A stretch of DNA of 64,000 bases, from contig OZ234493.1 of NCBI GenBank assembly GCA_965153455.1, positions 17,722,213-17,786,212 on the forward strand, given 5' to 3'. The notes under the pieces were generated by a model. The model was not told where the DNA came from. It ran no database searches and saw only the letters and a list, made by a program, of their open reading frames with translations. The DNA is from Sphagnum compactum (Eukaryota). Shown here one piece after another: positions 1 through 13,620 of the stretch (positions are counted from its first letter, which is position 1; each line of letters starts with the position of its first letter). The translations under genes and the position numbers were made by a program.

Positions 1-1824
1 GGAGTTGCAATTCCTCGGTTTCCATTTTCTTTTTCTCGTATGCTTGCTTTGTCACACTTACATCGTTGTGAAGTGTGAGAATTTCATTCATGGTTGATTT
101 GGTGTATTTTTGGAGTTGGGTTCTCAAGATCTCAATTTGGTCTCCGCAAACTTCAACATGTTTCTTCAAATCAAGGTGACTTGCTGCAAGTGTGGCATGC
201 CTGAAAATCACATGATCTTGAAGGCCTATGAACAAAGTACATTGATGTACGTACCTATTGGAAACTTCATATGGAATTAAAAAAATTTAGCTCACAATAA
301 CCTAAAAAATTGAAGACCTCACATGATTTTATAACCAAAACTCTAGTCAATTGTGTTTTTTAACCACCATTTTAAAATTGGGTTTAAACATTTAATTTCC
401 AAAGAGCCATAACACATGAGTTCAATTACAAATAATTCATGAAAAAAAATGTTATTTGTGTGGGCTTAATTTAGGGCAAACACTTCTCCATAAGATTGAT
501 GACAAAAAAAAAGGATAACAATAAAAAAAATCACCGTAGAAGAAGGTCATTGATTTCATGATAAGCGGGTGCTGCTTCAACCACCGATTCCAAGTATTTT
601 TGGTACAACATTAAGCGATCCAAATGGGCCAAAGTAATCCCTCTCAAGTCCTTCAATTTCTCCAAATTAGTCTCTAGATGTTCTATCTCCACCTCCTACA
701 TGAATGCCAAATCCAAAAAGATTATTAACAATAAAACCCCAAAGTTTACATCTACATGAAAACCTTCAATCGAAATATGTATTTCCATCAAAATTCAAAA
801 GATAAGAAGAAGGTAAACCTTTTCCATTCGCATGTGGATCTCATCAACTGACTTTTTCTCGGCTCTCTTCTTCTTGATGGCATTTTCCTACCCATGACAA
901 AATACATTGTGTGAGAATAAGGAAGTTCATTAATTATGCAAAAAAAAATGTAAAATCAACATGGCTTTGGTGAATCCATAAACTTAGAAATTTTCTGAAA
1001 TTTTTTTACAATATTATTAAAATTTTGAATATGTTTTTGGCAAGACTTGGAAATTATTTATTATTTAGTTGGGTGGAAACATGAAGGCTTTTTAATGGGG
1101 CAATGAAACCTGTAGAAACTTGGAAAAACCAATTAGGGATTCTTGAAGACGAAGGTCCCTATCTCTCAATGCATCTTCTCGTTTCTGCAACACTTCTTCC
1201 TTCCTTTGTTTGCCCCCATTTACTTGTAATCAATCAATGATAATGATGACTAAACTTGAAATTTTAAAATTGTCATTGAGAATTTTTAATTTCTAGAGCT
1301 CTTTTAAGAAAACATGGTATAAAATAACAAAAAAGAACCTTGCAACAAGATTATTTTACACTAAAAAAATTGTTTTAAATGTTTGAAAAACTTCTAAGTT
1401 TCAAATATGTTGACCTTAGATTATTTCACATATCAAGAATGTTACATGACATTTGGGATTTGATAAGAAATTTTAACATATATCATCAACACTTACGATG
1501 AGTTCCCAAACCTTCTTCAACAACATACATTAGAAAAAATTCTAAAGTAAAATATGAAAAGAAAACTTACAATGCACATTCCACTTTTTGGCGTTCCAAT
1601 TCATCATGCACTAAGTACATGAGACGCCGTTTCTCTAACAAGCGTGTTGCCGGCAATGCCTTGTCTAATTGTCCAGGTCCTACAGGTATGACCACAATAG
1701 GCGATGTGGTTTCGAGCTCCCCTACTATTCCTGTTGATGCGATTGTTGTTGTTGTTGATGCTCCTCCTCCACCAGCTACAGAGCTTGCAAGCATTGCAAC
1801 TTGTGGTACAACTATTGTTGCCAT
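1..1824 (-). CDS. CCDC42/CFAP73-like (DUF4200) flagellar coiled-coil protein, 5' exons; gene continues past the window start
   Basis: Five GT-AG exons join in frame: 1824-1571, 1203-1110, 887-819, 695-535 and 200-<1. They give ...PATRLLEKRRLMYLVHDELERQKVECAL-KEEVLQKREDALRDRDLRLQESLIGFSKFLQ-ENAIKKKRAEKK...-...MLYQKYLESVVEAAPAYHEINDLLLR-HATLAASH..., motifs I recognise from the CCDC42/CFAP73 family. The start codon at 1824 is tentative. Confidence 0.85.
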
Positions 1825-4800
1825 GGTGTGTCTTTTGTTTCATGAAATTAAGGTTTGTGCACCCTTCACTAAAACTAGAGAAACATTTATGCAAATTTGT
1901 TTGCACCTTAATAATTGTATGGTTTGAAAATGTATATCGAAACAATGTTAGGGTTTGTGCACCCTTCATTAGAAATCAAATAAGCTCGAAAGTTCAGGTT
2001 TGTACACCCTTCATTATAATTTGATAAACTTGTGTGCGAAACTATTTGCACTTTGTAGGGTTTGAAAATGCATGTAGGAAGGAATGTTGGGGTTTGTGCA
2101 CCTTCATTATTAAAAATCAGAAAAGCATGTGTGCAAAATTGTTTACACTTTGGAGGTTACAAGGTTGAAAACACTACCTATAAAGAATGCTAGGGTTTGT
2201 GCCCCATGCAAAAGTTACTAAGTTACTTATTAGCTTGCTAATGTATTTCATCAAAACAATTCATGGGAGTGATTTCACTAATGAAAGGTTTGGTTTTTTT
2301 TTCTTTTTGGGTCAATATATCTACATTTTATAGTATAGAGTGGGCTTTAACACATGTTTGCTGAATAATAATTCTTTTTGAAATTCCATGTCAAAAACAT
2401 ATTTTCAAAATATTCCAAGACATCTTCATTTCATTCAAAATAAAAGTGATTAAAAAAACTTTTGTTGAGAATTTCAACATTCCTAAAAATATATATAAAT
2501 TTGGGTTCAACCTACTAAAGTATTACAAGATATAGTTTTATGTGATGTCATAAATGGGTTGAGTTTAGGGTTAGAAAAAAGACCCAACATTATATATATT
2601 CTTAGAAATATTCACAATGTTGGTAAATTTTAGGAGTAGAACTTTGGGTTTCATGAAATTAAGGACAACAATCAAAATGCAAGATGGGATTACATTAAAA
2701 CGTAAATAACAAAAAAGGATCTTCAAATTTCCTCTTCAACCTAAGATGATTTCAACTTTTCCATGTTTCATGTGTTTTGCATGTGTTTTCTTATGGACCT
2801 ACCTAGGTTATGGGATACTGAAGGCCTATTTAGGGGATTGCCCAAAGGGTTAGTCAAGGATTTTTTAATATTGTGGGATACTTAGGGTAATTGACATGGA
2901 ATCCTAAGTGGTTAGATATAGATAATGTTTCATTGTTTAACAAACTTTATGTTCAACTCACCTATTTGAGGTGTGCTTTGAAATCGATAAATCACAAACT
3001 CAAATAATTGTGATTGGTTCAATTGTTTAAATACATGAATTTTGTCTTGGGAGGAATATTAGTTATTTCCCTCCAATTTTTGTTATCCTAATTTACCCAA
3101 AAGCCATGATTGGTTGGAAAAAGAATTAATAATTTTTTTAATCAAAAAATTAAAATATTTTTTAGAAATAAGGGGAGTATTGGTGAGTGTTTTCAAAAAA
3201 ATTATTATCATAATTTAACCCTAAAATCCCTACACATCATAAATAAAGGTAATTTCTTTCATCTCATCATCATTTAAAAATGTTTGAATGAAACTTTGTT
3301 TCTACATTTATTGGAAGGCTATTAATTCTTTGATTATTTTCTCTTCACAACTTTCTTTTTTAATGCAATGAAAGGCTATTTGCAAAATGGAGATGACTTT
3401 GAATCATGGCAAATGGAGCCATAACTAGTCTTGGATTTCATTTCTCAACACCAATTTTTAAATACACCCTTTTTGTGACATTCAAAATTTAATGTTTTCC
3501 AATCAATTGTTCATGATTCACAATTAAAAAAAATTGTTGATGAAAAATTATGAGAGATTAATGAACATGTGCTTCCAAGCAAAGCAATGTTAGAAGAGGT
3601 TGCTACAAATGCACTATAAATAACACTTGCTGATAAGAAGAATGGCCAATTATGGAAAAATTAAAAGTGCCATTGAAGAAAAAGGTAGAAAAAATTTGAT
3701 TGATTTGGAAATTGATTCATATTATAAAAAGAAGCTCAATTAAATGGTGTAATCATGTAGTTGACACATTCATTGCAATTCATAGGGATATGGAAGAAGG
3801 ATTTATAAAATCAACCAAAAGAAAGGCATGCATTTAAACCATTAAATTGAAAAGCTTTTACTACAAGTTTATGAATATGTTGCCTAATATATTATTCACT
3901 AATCTACACAAAAATTCAAGGAATCTAGAAATATCAACCCCTTAGCTTGTGATGATAATATTAAATATATAAAAAATCAAGATGATTTAAATTATAATGG
4001 CACTAGATTTGATTAAACAAACTTCAAGGAATTTGGCATATAAGCCACATAGCTTGCAATGTTGTTAGATTTCAATTATAAAGAAATTCAAAGTAATTTA
4101 GGTTTTAAACACTTATCACCAACATGAAAATCATTATTGTAATAATAATTTGAAATGGGTGAAATGTAATACATAATGAGAATTTACATTTAATGGAGTG
4201 GCATGAAAGAAAATCAAAGACTAAACAATCCCTATGCAATGTGCCAATGTTTTGTACCCTAAAACCTTGTTCTTCTCACCATGTCCCTTCAAGGTTTGTA
4301 ATGGTTTTCAATGGCATTCAAAGTGAATTACTCAAGTTCCTATGTGTTTTTCAAATTGTTCCCGATAACACCACACTTTATTCCATATCTTTTGGCCAAA
4401 CTTCTATCCTTGTAAATTGTATAGGTACCAAAAGAAAAATAGACACTCTTTGATTTTTGGGAGGGTTCATAGCTTGGGTAGTGTTTTGTTTGAAGGCCAA
4501 CCAAAAAGGCCCATCACAAAACAAAACAAACATGCATGTTTGATCACAATTCACAATTAATTATTATTAATCACAATAGGTACCAAAGTGGATAAGACCC
4601 ACTTTAAACTAGGAGTTAGGGGCAAAAAAACCTTTGGGCCAATAATGAGAAATATGAGCACTTCTTGGTTCATTGTTAGGCCCCAAGTTTGCAATAAGAT
4701 ATTAGTTGTTTGGGGGCCTATGAGTTCATGTGTAATGTTAACTAACATGTTATTAAGGATGAGGGTATTACCAAAATTGAGCTTGCATTCAATTTTCAGC

Positions 4801-7800
4801 TCAATTGTTTTTATTTTAATAACGTCCTCACCCTTTGGCTTTTACCATGTAGTTTTTTTCACACATGTTTACATTGTGAAAGGACTTGTAAATGGACGCC
4901 CAATTGTTTTTCAAAATTGTGTTTAGTCCACAAAATAGAGTTTGACATTAGGGTTTAAATACCGGTCTTCATAACAAGAAGCTACCTTTTTGATGTTTTT
5001 CTAATATGAATATGTGCAAATGATTTGTGACTGATGACAACCCTTTCCTTAAGATTTTTTTTTGGGGGTTAGTAACACACTTCTTCATGGTTACTTTTTA
5101 CATTTGTAAAGACCTATAATAAATTAATCTAGTGTATTTGGAGATAACATTGTAACAAAGTGAAACTTTTCATCCACAAAAGGCAAATACGTGAAAAAAC
5201 CAATTGCCACTCTTATAAGTATTTCATGTTAAAAAAAACCCCCTCCCCTTTTTCCATTTTCCCCCCATTATACATGATAAATACACATAAAAAAAAAGAA
5301 AAGAAGAATTTCTTGTCGGTCATTATGTTGGGTAACACCTTCAAAATGGAACACTCCTGAAATAATTGCCCATCCAACTCTAACTTGAGTGTGTGATTAT
5401 TTTGAGAACACCCCTATGCTACACTTTTTGTGCCTATCATACATGGCATTCAAAACGAAAAAAATTCAATGAAAAACTTATTTGTTATTACATCAATACC
5501 AATATTCATTATATATATCACTTGATACAACTCGAAAGTGTATACCTATAATGGTATTTGTGCATCATCAAATTCATAATGCATGGGTTACTTCAACATG
5601 TGTATATAATTTTAATAACTCTAATACTAATTCCTTATGGTATTTTATTTTTGTAAAGACTCATAATACAAAGATGCTTGACTCAGTTGGAGTCCAAGGA
5701 AATTGCTGCAAAATATACTTGTTTTTACTAATGTTGTTTATGTAAATAATTTAGGACTTACACTCTATGTACTTGTTGAATATTCAACTATGTTTGTGTA
5801 AGTGTAAAATTGTGTAAATTTATTTTATGCCATGTAAAACAATGTAAGTGTAAGTGTAAAAATAAACACACTTATATGGTTTTATGTGAATGTGTAAAAC
5901 AATGTAAAATTTGTGATTTGTACTCGGGGAGGTGGGGAGATTTCATAATGGTTTGGGTGATAGGTCAACCAAATGGCCCATTGCAAAAAAAATAAACACC
6001 GAAACATTTGTGATTTGGGATGCATTGCTAGCAATTAAATTAATTGATATAAATCACAATAAGTACCTAAACTCTTGTAAGAGCTTAGAGCAAAAATCTT
6101 GATGAACAAAGTTAGGAATAAACTTTCTACTCAAACAATGAAGCGAGGCAAAATGCGCATTCAAGATATTCCTTGAAATAGCACCACAATAGTTCAATAT
6201 TGTTAGAAAATATTAATATGTGGGGAGTATCAAAATATTATGATTTTTTATGAACTAGGGCTAATCTAAGTAGCCCATTGCAAAAAACAAATTTGAGTTT
6301 TGAGATGCATCCACAACTAATTAAAATGAATTTGCAAGAAGGTTTGATCATTAAGGATATATAATATATACACTTACACACCCCAAAACATTTACATGGA
6401 ACTGCATAAGTCTAAATGTAACAAAATTATATATACATGACAACAGTATAAATGTAAGTGTAAAAACTTCAAACTTCAAACATGTATGTGTAAATGATTT
6501 ACATTTACATGGGATTTACATGTTGTATATCCAGTTATTGACACTTACACACCCAACACTGGTTTGTACCTTATCTAATGATTCATTTTATGCATATTGG
6601 TCGATGTTGGTTTATGTAGTGGTCTGCTATGGTGTTGTGAATGTAAAGTTCAAATAGGGACATACTTACCTAGGTGGGTGTAAGTTGAAGTGTTAAATAA
6701 AATATGGTGCTATTAGGGAATATTTTGGGTGCATGGTTGCCTCATCTCATTGCTTAAGTAAATTTATTTTCTTAACTTTGTTCATCAACATTTTTGGTCT
6801 AGACTTTTAGAAAAACTTGGGATGTATTGTGATTCATATTGATTAATATAATTAGTTGTGGTGCATCCCAAACTCCCCCCCCCCTTCCCCCCAAAGGGAT
6901 TAACATCGGTCACTTCTATTGGCCTATCACTATAAAAAATAATCTAAAACTTTGTGTAACTCTCTTCCCCCTCCAAAGAAATTGCATGTTTTTACATTGT
7001 TTTACATGGCCTTGTAAAATTGTGTAACTATATTTATTTAGATTTATAATTCTACAATTTTACACAACATAATATGAATTTACACAATTTTACATTTACT
7101 CATCTCATGTTATACACTTACATGAATGGAAATGAGCCTTAAACACTAACATAAAATATAAATAAATTCCATTATGCCATTCACATTTTTAGATGGAGTG
7201 TAAGTCCTAACCATATACACATACAACATCAGTTTCTACCTTATCCAACAATTTCACTTTGGGTGCTCAAAGAATTGATGGTTTTGATTTGGTATTTGGG
7301 TTGTACCTTATCCAATATGTGCCATGCATGCCCCCCCCCCCCAAATATATATATCCATTGTACATGCCCTCTAGATGCCCAAATATTTGGAGGTTTGGTA
7401 GTGGGTGTTCATCCTCTCAAATATTTATCCATTGTGCATGCCCAAATAAGTGGAGGTTTGGTAGTGGGGTCATCTTCTCAAATATGTATCCATTGTGCAT
7501 GCCCTTTGCATGCCCAAATGTGAAGTGGTTGGTATTGATTTGGTATTTGGATTGTACCTTAAGCTGCCAAGGTACTGCAGTAGTTGGTGGTTTGGCTTTG
7601 TACCAGGTTTGTACATTACCCATTGGTTTTGTGTTGGATTTGTACATTCTCCGACAATCCATGTTTCATCTGCTCCCCATACCCACCAATTTTGTTTGTT
7701 TGTTTGTTTGTTTGGGTTTTGTAATATGGGTTTGTACTAATCCAACAACCCATTTTAAGTCATTTCACTTGGGAAGAAGAAGAAGAAGAATGGAAGTTTA

Positions 7801-8950
7801 GTCATTGTGGTGGTCTTCTTTGAAGATAGTATACCATAAATCTTAAATCTCTACACTGAAACTTGTCATGCCAGATGTTTCAGATGACACAGCTAACTAT
7901 CTGAGTCTTGTCATAGAGGGAATATTTCCTTCCCCAAGTGTGACAATTTGGTTGATAATTTAGGTTGACAAATCTTGAAGCTGAATTCACTTTCAAGCAT
8001 CTGGAGAACATCCCAAATTCAAGTTCTCAAACTGAGTGCCGTTAATGAATCTGCAAATTCCATGACTACCACGCTTCTACATACACTTTATGCAAGTTTG
8101 AGAAAACGATTTCTAACAACAACACTGTTTGTGGTCTCTGCAATTCTAAGTCTGCAAAGTTTTGGGATCTGGATACAAATACATAGACCCATCAGCCCAC
8201 ACAGAAGATTTTCCCATACATCCGATCTCTGCAAATTTTCTTAGTCTGCAAAGTTTCATATACATACTCCAACAACCCACACAGAAGATTTTCCCATAAA
8301 TTAGATCCCTGCAATTCCAAGTCTGCCAAGTTTTGGATACATACACCAACAACCCACACACAAAATTTTCCTATACATCATCTAAACTCTTCTACAATTC
8401 TAAGTCTGCAAAGTTTTGGATACATATACCAAACAAACTACACCGGTTTTTCCCCACATTTTAGTTCCTATACATCATCTGGTTGCTGTAATTCAAAGTC
8501 TACAAGGCTATGGATACAAGTATATACAACCACCCAGACAGAAATTTGCCCATACATCAAAGCATTGCTGACTCTCATTGCAGACAACTCCAATGTAAGG
8601 AATTGGATATGTCATTGATATGTCCTCATGATATATGTCCACAATCTCTTAGCAGCTCCAATGGCTGGTAATGACTAGCAACATGAGAAAAGATAATATT
8701 TGACAGGATACATGAAGAAGAAGATGTTTGCAACTAAAGACACATTGAACAGTTGGACATTTACTCTCTGCATGGCTGTTTCCAAGAAGAGTATAACTCT
8801 AATATACACATTGGAAAAAATCAAATCCTTACGATAGTCCGGAGTATAAGGGGCCATCTTCTTCTTCTTCTTTTGCTGCTGATTTCTTCTTCTTCTTCTT
8901 CTTTCTTTCTTTCTTCTGACTTGTTCTTCGTCTTTCCTTGCTTCTAGTGA

Positions 8951-9394
8951 TCAGTTCAGATCTCCTTCCTTATGCGTATCGATCTCCAGATCTTCAGAGG
9001 CGTACGCGACGCACGTGAGCACAAAGCCGGCACTCAACTGGTCATCGTCCAAGAAGCTGCCGTCGGACTGGTCCACCGATCCAGACCTGAGTTTGGCGGC
9101 ACAAGTGGAGCAGGCACCCGCGCGACAAGAGTAGGGCAAATCGAGTCCCGCCTCTTCCGCAGCGTCTAGCAGGTACGTATCCGGAGCAACCTCCACTACT
9201 TCCTTGCCCGTGGGAGTATGGAACGTCACTTTGTAGCATGTAATCCGCCCCATACCGCTCGACTGCAAACCGAACGCCTTGCGAAGAGGAGTCACTGATG
9301 AAGAGATGCTACTTCTGTTGCTGCTCCGCAACGAACAGGAGACCGCAGGCATCCCTGCCACACTCATTGCTGCTACAAGACCCGCAGCTGCCAT
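8951..9394 (-). CDS. Plastid [2Fe-2S] ferredoxin with transit peptide, intronless, 147 aa
   Basis: Ala/Ser-rich N-terminal transit peptide, then YKVTF...[23 protein letters not shown]...[10 protein letters not shown]...VLTCVAY...HKEGDL, containing the C-x4-C-x2-C...C cluster ligands. Confidence 0.97.
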   Translation of the reverse strand: MAAAGLVAAMSVAGMPAVSCSLRSSNRSSISSSVTPLRKAFGLQSSGMGRITCYKVTFHTPTGKEVVEVAPDTYLLDAAEEAGLDLPYSCRAGACSTCAAKLRSGSVDQSDGSFLDDDQLSAGFVLTCVAYASEDLEIDTHKEGDLN

Positions 9395-10829
9395 GACGAC
9401 GACGACGACGGCAAGGAACGACGACGACTACGACGGCAAGGAACGACGACGCTACCACCAAAATCCCGCAAGCGAGATGGCTGCCTACCTTCAGAAGAAA
9501 GTGCGAATCTGTCAAGCAAAATCGGTTTAGAAAATTTCGAATTTTTTGAGGAAAATCGATGCAGACGAACACGAAAATGTTCAATTTGTAACTACGAAAT
9601 CCGAGCTCGAGAAATACTGGGGTAAAATCGCGCAAATTGCGAACAAAAGGCGGCGAGCGTTCTTCCCCTCGTCAGCGGCGCGGCGAAGCATCTGCCCACT
9701 TGGAGCTTCTCCCGGTCCTCGTCATCTGCCAGCTGGCAGAATGTCGTACGCCACTACAAATCGCGTGTGGCTAGGGTTTTGCACAGTACGCAAGCATTTA
9801 AACATTTTTTTTAAAAAAGAAAAAAAGATTAAGTATTTCTTATGCACTGTGAATTGTTAATTTTTAAAATTAATTTTTAAAAATGTAACATAAATTTCTT
9901 ATGTACACAAATCAACTTTGTAAAATAGAAGTCATTCACAATCCCAATGCACCAACAAAAACACTATGATATAGTAGTTTGAATGAACTTAAAAAAATAC
10001 AAAAAAAATGGTTGCCAAATGGTACAATTGAATTGGCTATTATGGCTTACAAATTATAGTCTTGAAGCTAAAAATTCTTTCTACCCTTGACAAAATTTCA
10101 CTGAAGGGAGAACAAGTAATGAAGAAAATTGTTGCATTATTCACACAATTAGAATGTCCTAGAGGATAATTTTGGAACCATAGAAGAGTAATTCACTAGC
10201 TTTATAGTTGCAAAAATTCAAAGAAGATGAATCATTTATTCAAATAAAAAACATATCAAAATAAGAGAAGTTTCACACTATAATTGTTGATTATTTGAAA
10301 AACTCTATTCACAAAACAAAGTTTTGAAAGGATCTTTGGAGTTTTGTTTCACATTTTGGAGCTTGTCTTCACTTTAAACATGGGGAAACAAATTGGTTTT
10401 TATCATTTTACAACACTAGTTATTCTACAAAGATGGTGTAAAACCCAAATGGGTTTTTATCATTTTACTTATTCTACAAGATGGTGTAAGAAGCCATGTG
10501 AAGTTGAAAGGTTCATGCTACCAACTTCATGTTAAGGGCTGCCTCCAAAGTTCAAGTTTTTTTTTTTGGTTTGCAACGAGCCAAATTAATTGGCCCATCT
10601 ATCTATCTATGAAAGAAGGTAATTTGTTTTGTTGTAGTTATGAGATCCACTAAACCGGGATGCTTCAGTTCTTGGTGTCTTTGGAAAGCTCTTGATGAGG
10701 AAGGGTGCATGGGCTTTGGTTCCATGTCGTTTGGACTTGCGGTGCAAAAGTTCTTGAATATTGAAATTCATCTCAGACGTTTACAACTTGAATATGTTGA
10801 GCAATGTAGCCTTGTTCCTACATAGCACC

Positions 10830-11635
10830 ATTCGGATGCACTGTCTCCTACAGAAACTAGAAGGAGAACGTCTGAACTGTGATCATATGATTGTGAGATT
10901 ATATAAGTCACTCCCTTGTAGCGGTGGTGGAGAAGTAGTTGTCTATCCTTACTGTGTAAGCAAGGAAGTAAGGCCGCCATATTGGACGTAGATAAGTTTC
11001 AATCCTTGTATGCTTCAATCGCTGGTTCCAGGTACCTTATCCAGCTACTTGGTCTCCGAGCACTCAGCGGGAGTGCACAGTTGCAGCTGAAACCTGTTGG
11101 AAACCCCACATTCACAGCCTGGTGTTTTGAAGGATTTGGCAGCTGCTGTTCATGACATCTTACATGGCCTTGTGGACTTGCACAAACAATACTACACCCA
11201 CAGGGATCTAAGATGGGAAAACTGTATTAAAAGTAAATGTTCAGGGTGAATGGAAATGGGTGATTGTAGACTTGGAAGCTGCTGGATGCGACAGACAGGA
11301 ATGGAAAGGTGATGGATTAAGGCTTGGGATGAGAGAACGTTGGAAGATTGTAATGGAAAGAAAAAATATACACTAAGGCATCGGACATGTACCAACTTGG
11401 GAAGCTTATAGTGGAGTGCTTGGCTACGAATATTACATGTGGTGATGAAGAACAGGATTTGTACAGGTCGTTCAATGCCTTGGGAGAAAAGATGCAGCAG
11501 GAACGTCCAGCTGCAACGATGATGCTTAAGGATATCTGTAAGCGCGGTTGCAAACGTTGTGCCAAGTTTGAAAGGGCCGAGAGTGCGTCAAGTTTAACAA
11601 GGCCGAGAGGGCGTCGTATGAATAGTCGTTCTTGA
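10830..11635 (+). pseudogene. Decayed Crinkler-type atypical protein kinase domain
   Basis: Frameshifted translation reads ...LQLKPVG...LKDLAAAVHDILHGLVDLHKQYYTHRDLRWENCI...WKWVIVDLEAAG...AWDERTLE...YTKASDMYQLGKLI. This is the same motif series as the kinase at 29578-30270 (HRDVRLPN, LIDLE, SDIYQLG). No upstream nuclease part is visible. Confidence 0.75.
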
Positions 11636-12949
11636 GCTGCTAGGCAAGTAAGGTACTCTCTAGTGTAGTAATGAAGTCAGAATTCACACGTCTTGTTGAT
11701 GTCAATCTTGTTCCTCTCTATCAGTATTTCTTTTCTGCTTCTGTTGCCTATTCTGGGTCCTGCCTTCTTTTTCTTCTTCCTGGCAGCATTCTTGCGTTCG
11801 CTGAAGGGGCTTAGTTGAGGGCTTGTTAGAAAGATGGGAAAGCGAGAGCTCCCAGACGCTAGGGTTTTGTCTAGGCTCTCAGCATGTAACATGATGTTGG
11901 CAGGACTCAAATTGGTCCATGGAGCATGAAGGGAGAGGGAGATGTGTGAGTTTTGAAATGATGCATATGATGGCCAAGGACATGACGCATGAGAGGAGGG
12001 AAGACTTTTTGGAGGGAGTTGAGAGATTGTGTGTCTGTATGTGTGTTTGAAGATGAAGCTGACTTGGAGTATGAGCAGGGGGTGGAATTTGCAACTCAAA
12101 GTGCACAGTCTGCAAATTTTGTACATGTGCTCAGCAGCGATGCACTTATCAGGAACTGTGCAGAATTTGGACAGGAAATGAGGATGTTTAACAGACACTA
12201 TTGGTATATCAAAAACCCTCTTTGCCCTGGGCAGTTCATGTCCATTGTCTTCTCATGTATATGCATATATAGGAGATTGCATCCACTGTTTCTCTCCAGC
12301 CCTGGATCCATCCCTTTTTCCCTTCTTAAATTTAGAAATCCACCTTTCTCTGCACTCCTGCAATGAATCTTATGTTTGTCCATTTCTTGCTTTCCTCAAG
12401 TATGCATCTGACATGCCATCTAAGATTGAAAGGGTCTTTTTGAGTATCCCAAGTTATTTTGAAGTCTGGCTTCGATTGAAAGGTTCAGGACAGGCTGCTT
12501 ACAGCAAGGTTCTATGGATCTTCTGTCTGTAATTAGGTTTCTTATTGATATCAACCATCCGACTGTGGTGGATTAAGTAAATTAGGCTTCTTATTGATAT
12601 CAACCATTTGACTGGTGGATTAAGTCTTTTGGTCCAAGGAATATTGTGTAGCCTCAAGGGGTACTAGTTTATGTGCGGGTTGCATTTGTTATCAGCTAAG
12701 TTGGTGATGAGAAGGATCCAGAGAGCACAAGCTGATAGGCAAGCACTCTAAGTTGCACAGAGAAGGAGCAGATTGGGTGACAGAGCAGATTGGGTTGGGA
12801 GATAGGGAAAGAATGTCTGGCCTGTCTCCAAATAATGTCTCTCCTGTGGGAAACTTCAAAGACCTTCAGCAGGAGCATGTGCCATTTTGAGATCCTAGAG
12901 AAACCGACCCCTTACAAAATGTTGACATGGCCAAAAAAGATCCTAGAAT

Positions 12950-13620
12950 TCTGCAGAGTGCAGAGCCTTCATCCCAGGGTAGCACCCTGAAACTTGTGAA
13001 CTCCACAAATGGGAAGTTAGCCTTCAGCTTGAAACAGAAGACAAGACTGTTTGTGAAATGTTGTATGAAAATGTTGCTTGCACATGGAGCTCCTGAATTT
13101 ACAATCCTTTGATAGACTGCCTAGGATTCAGGAGAATGAGAAAGGGATGAGGCAAATACGGTATTGCTTCCACAGAGTTTGTGCACAAAGGTTTCCTCAC
13201 ATATTGTAGTGTAATCCCAATGTGTTATGCAGTTCCTCCTGTACCTTCTGATCAAGAGGTGAAGAAGGCTGCAGACAAACTAGCTAGTTTTGAGGTGAAG
13301 AATGGCCATCAGTTTGAAAATTTCATGCACCAAAAGAACCCGGGCAACACTCCTTTCCAGTATGCTTTCAGGCAGGGAAATGGTATGTAGTACGTACTTC
13401 CTCTTACAAATTGATGATATTTTTCATAGTGGACTCCAAAAGAAGTTCGATGTTTTTCTATTTATGCAAGACCATTGTAAGGCAGAACTGTTGATGGTGG
13501 TGGTTCCAGGTTTTTGTTTGATACTAAGGGTGCAGAATACAAGTATTATGAGTACCATTTAGCACAAGAGGAGCTAGCACTTTCTTCAGAATTACCTGGT
13601 GCAAAATCTGCTCATACAGC
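12950..13620 (+). pseudogene. SURP/G-patch protein (SUGP1-like) gene fragment with retained introns
   Basis: GKLAFSLKQKTRL at about 13010-13050. Exon of about 13233-13359 reads PPVPSDQEVKKAADKLASFEVKNGHQFENFMHQKNPGNTPF, then a GT...AG intron, then FLFDTKGAEYKYYEYHLAQEE from about 13509, forming a SURP/SWAP motif. No G-patch exons are seen downstream. Confidence 0.75.

Noticed and set aside
3400-4100. Possible hAT transposase remnant (LAMLLDFNYK-like motif)
   Set aside because: Only one short degenerate motif in very AT-rich DNA, too weak to call.
7259-7801. 180-aa ORF
   Set aside because: Non-ATG start, built from local imperfect repeats and microsatellites, with no recognisable domain.
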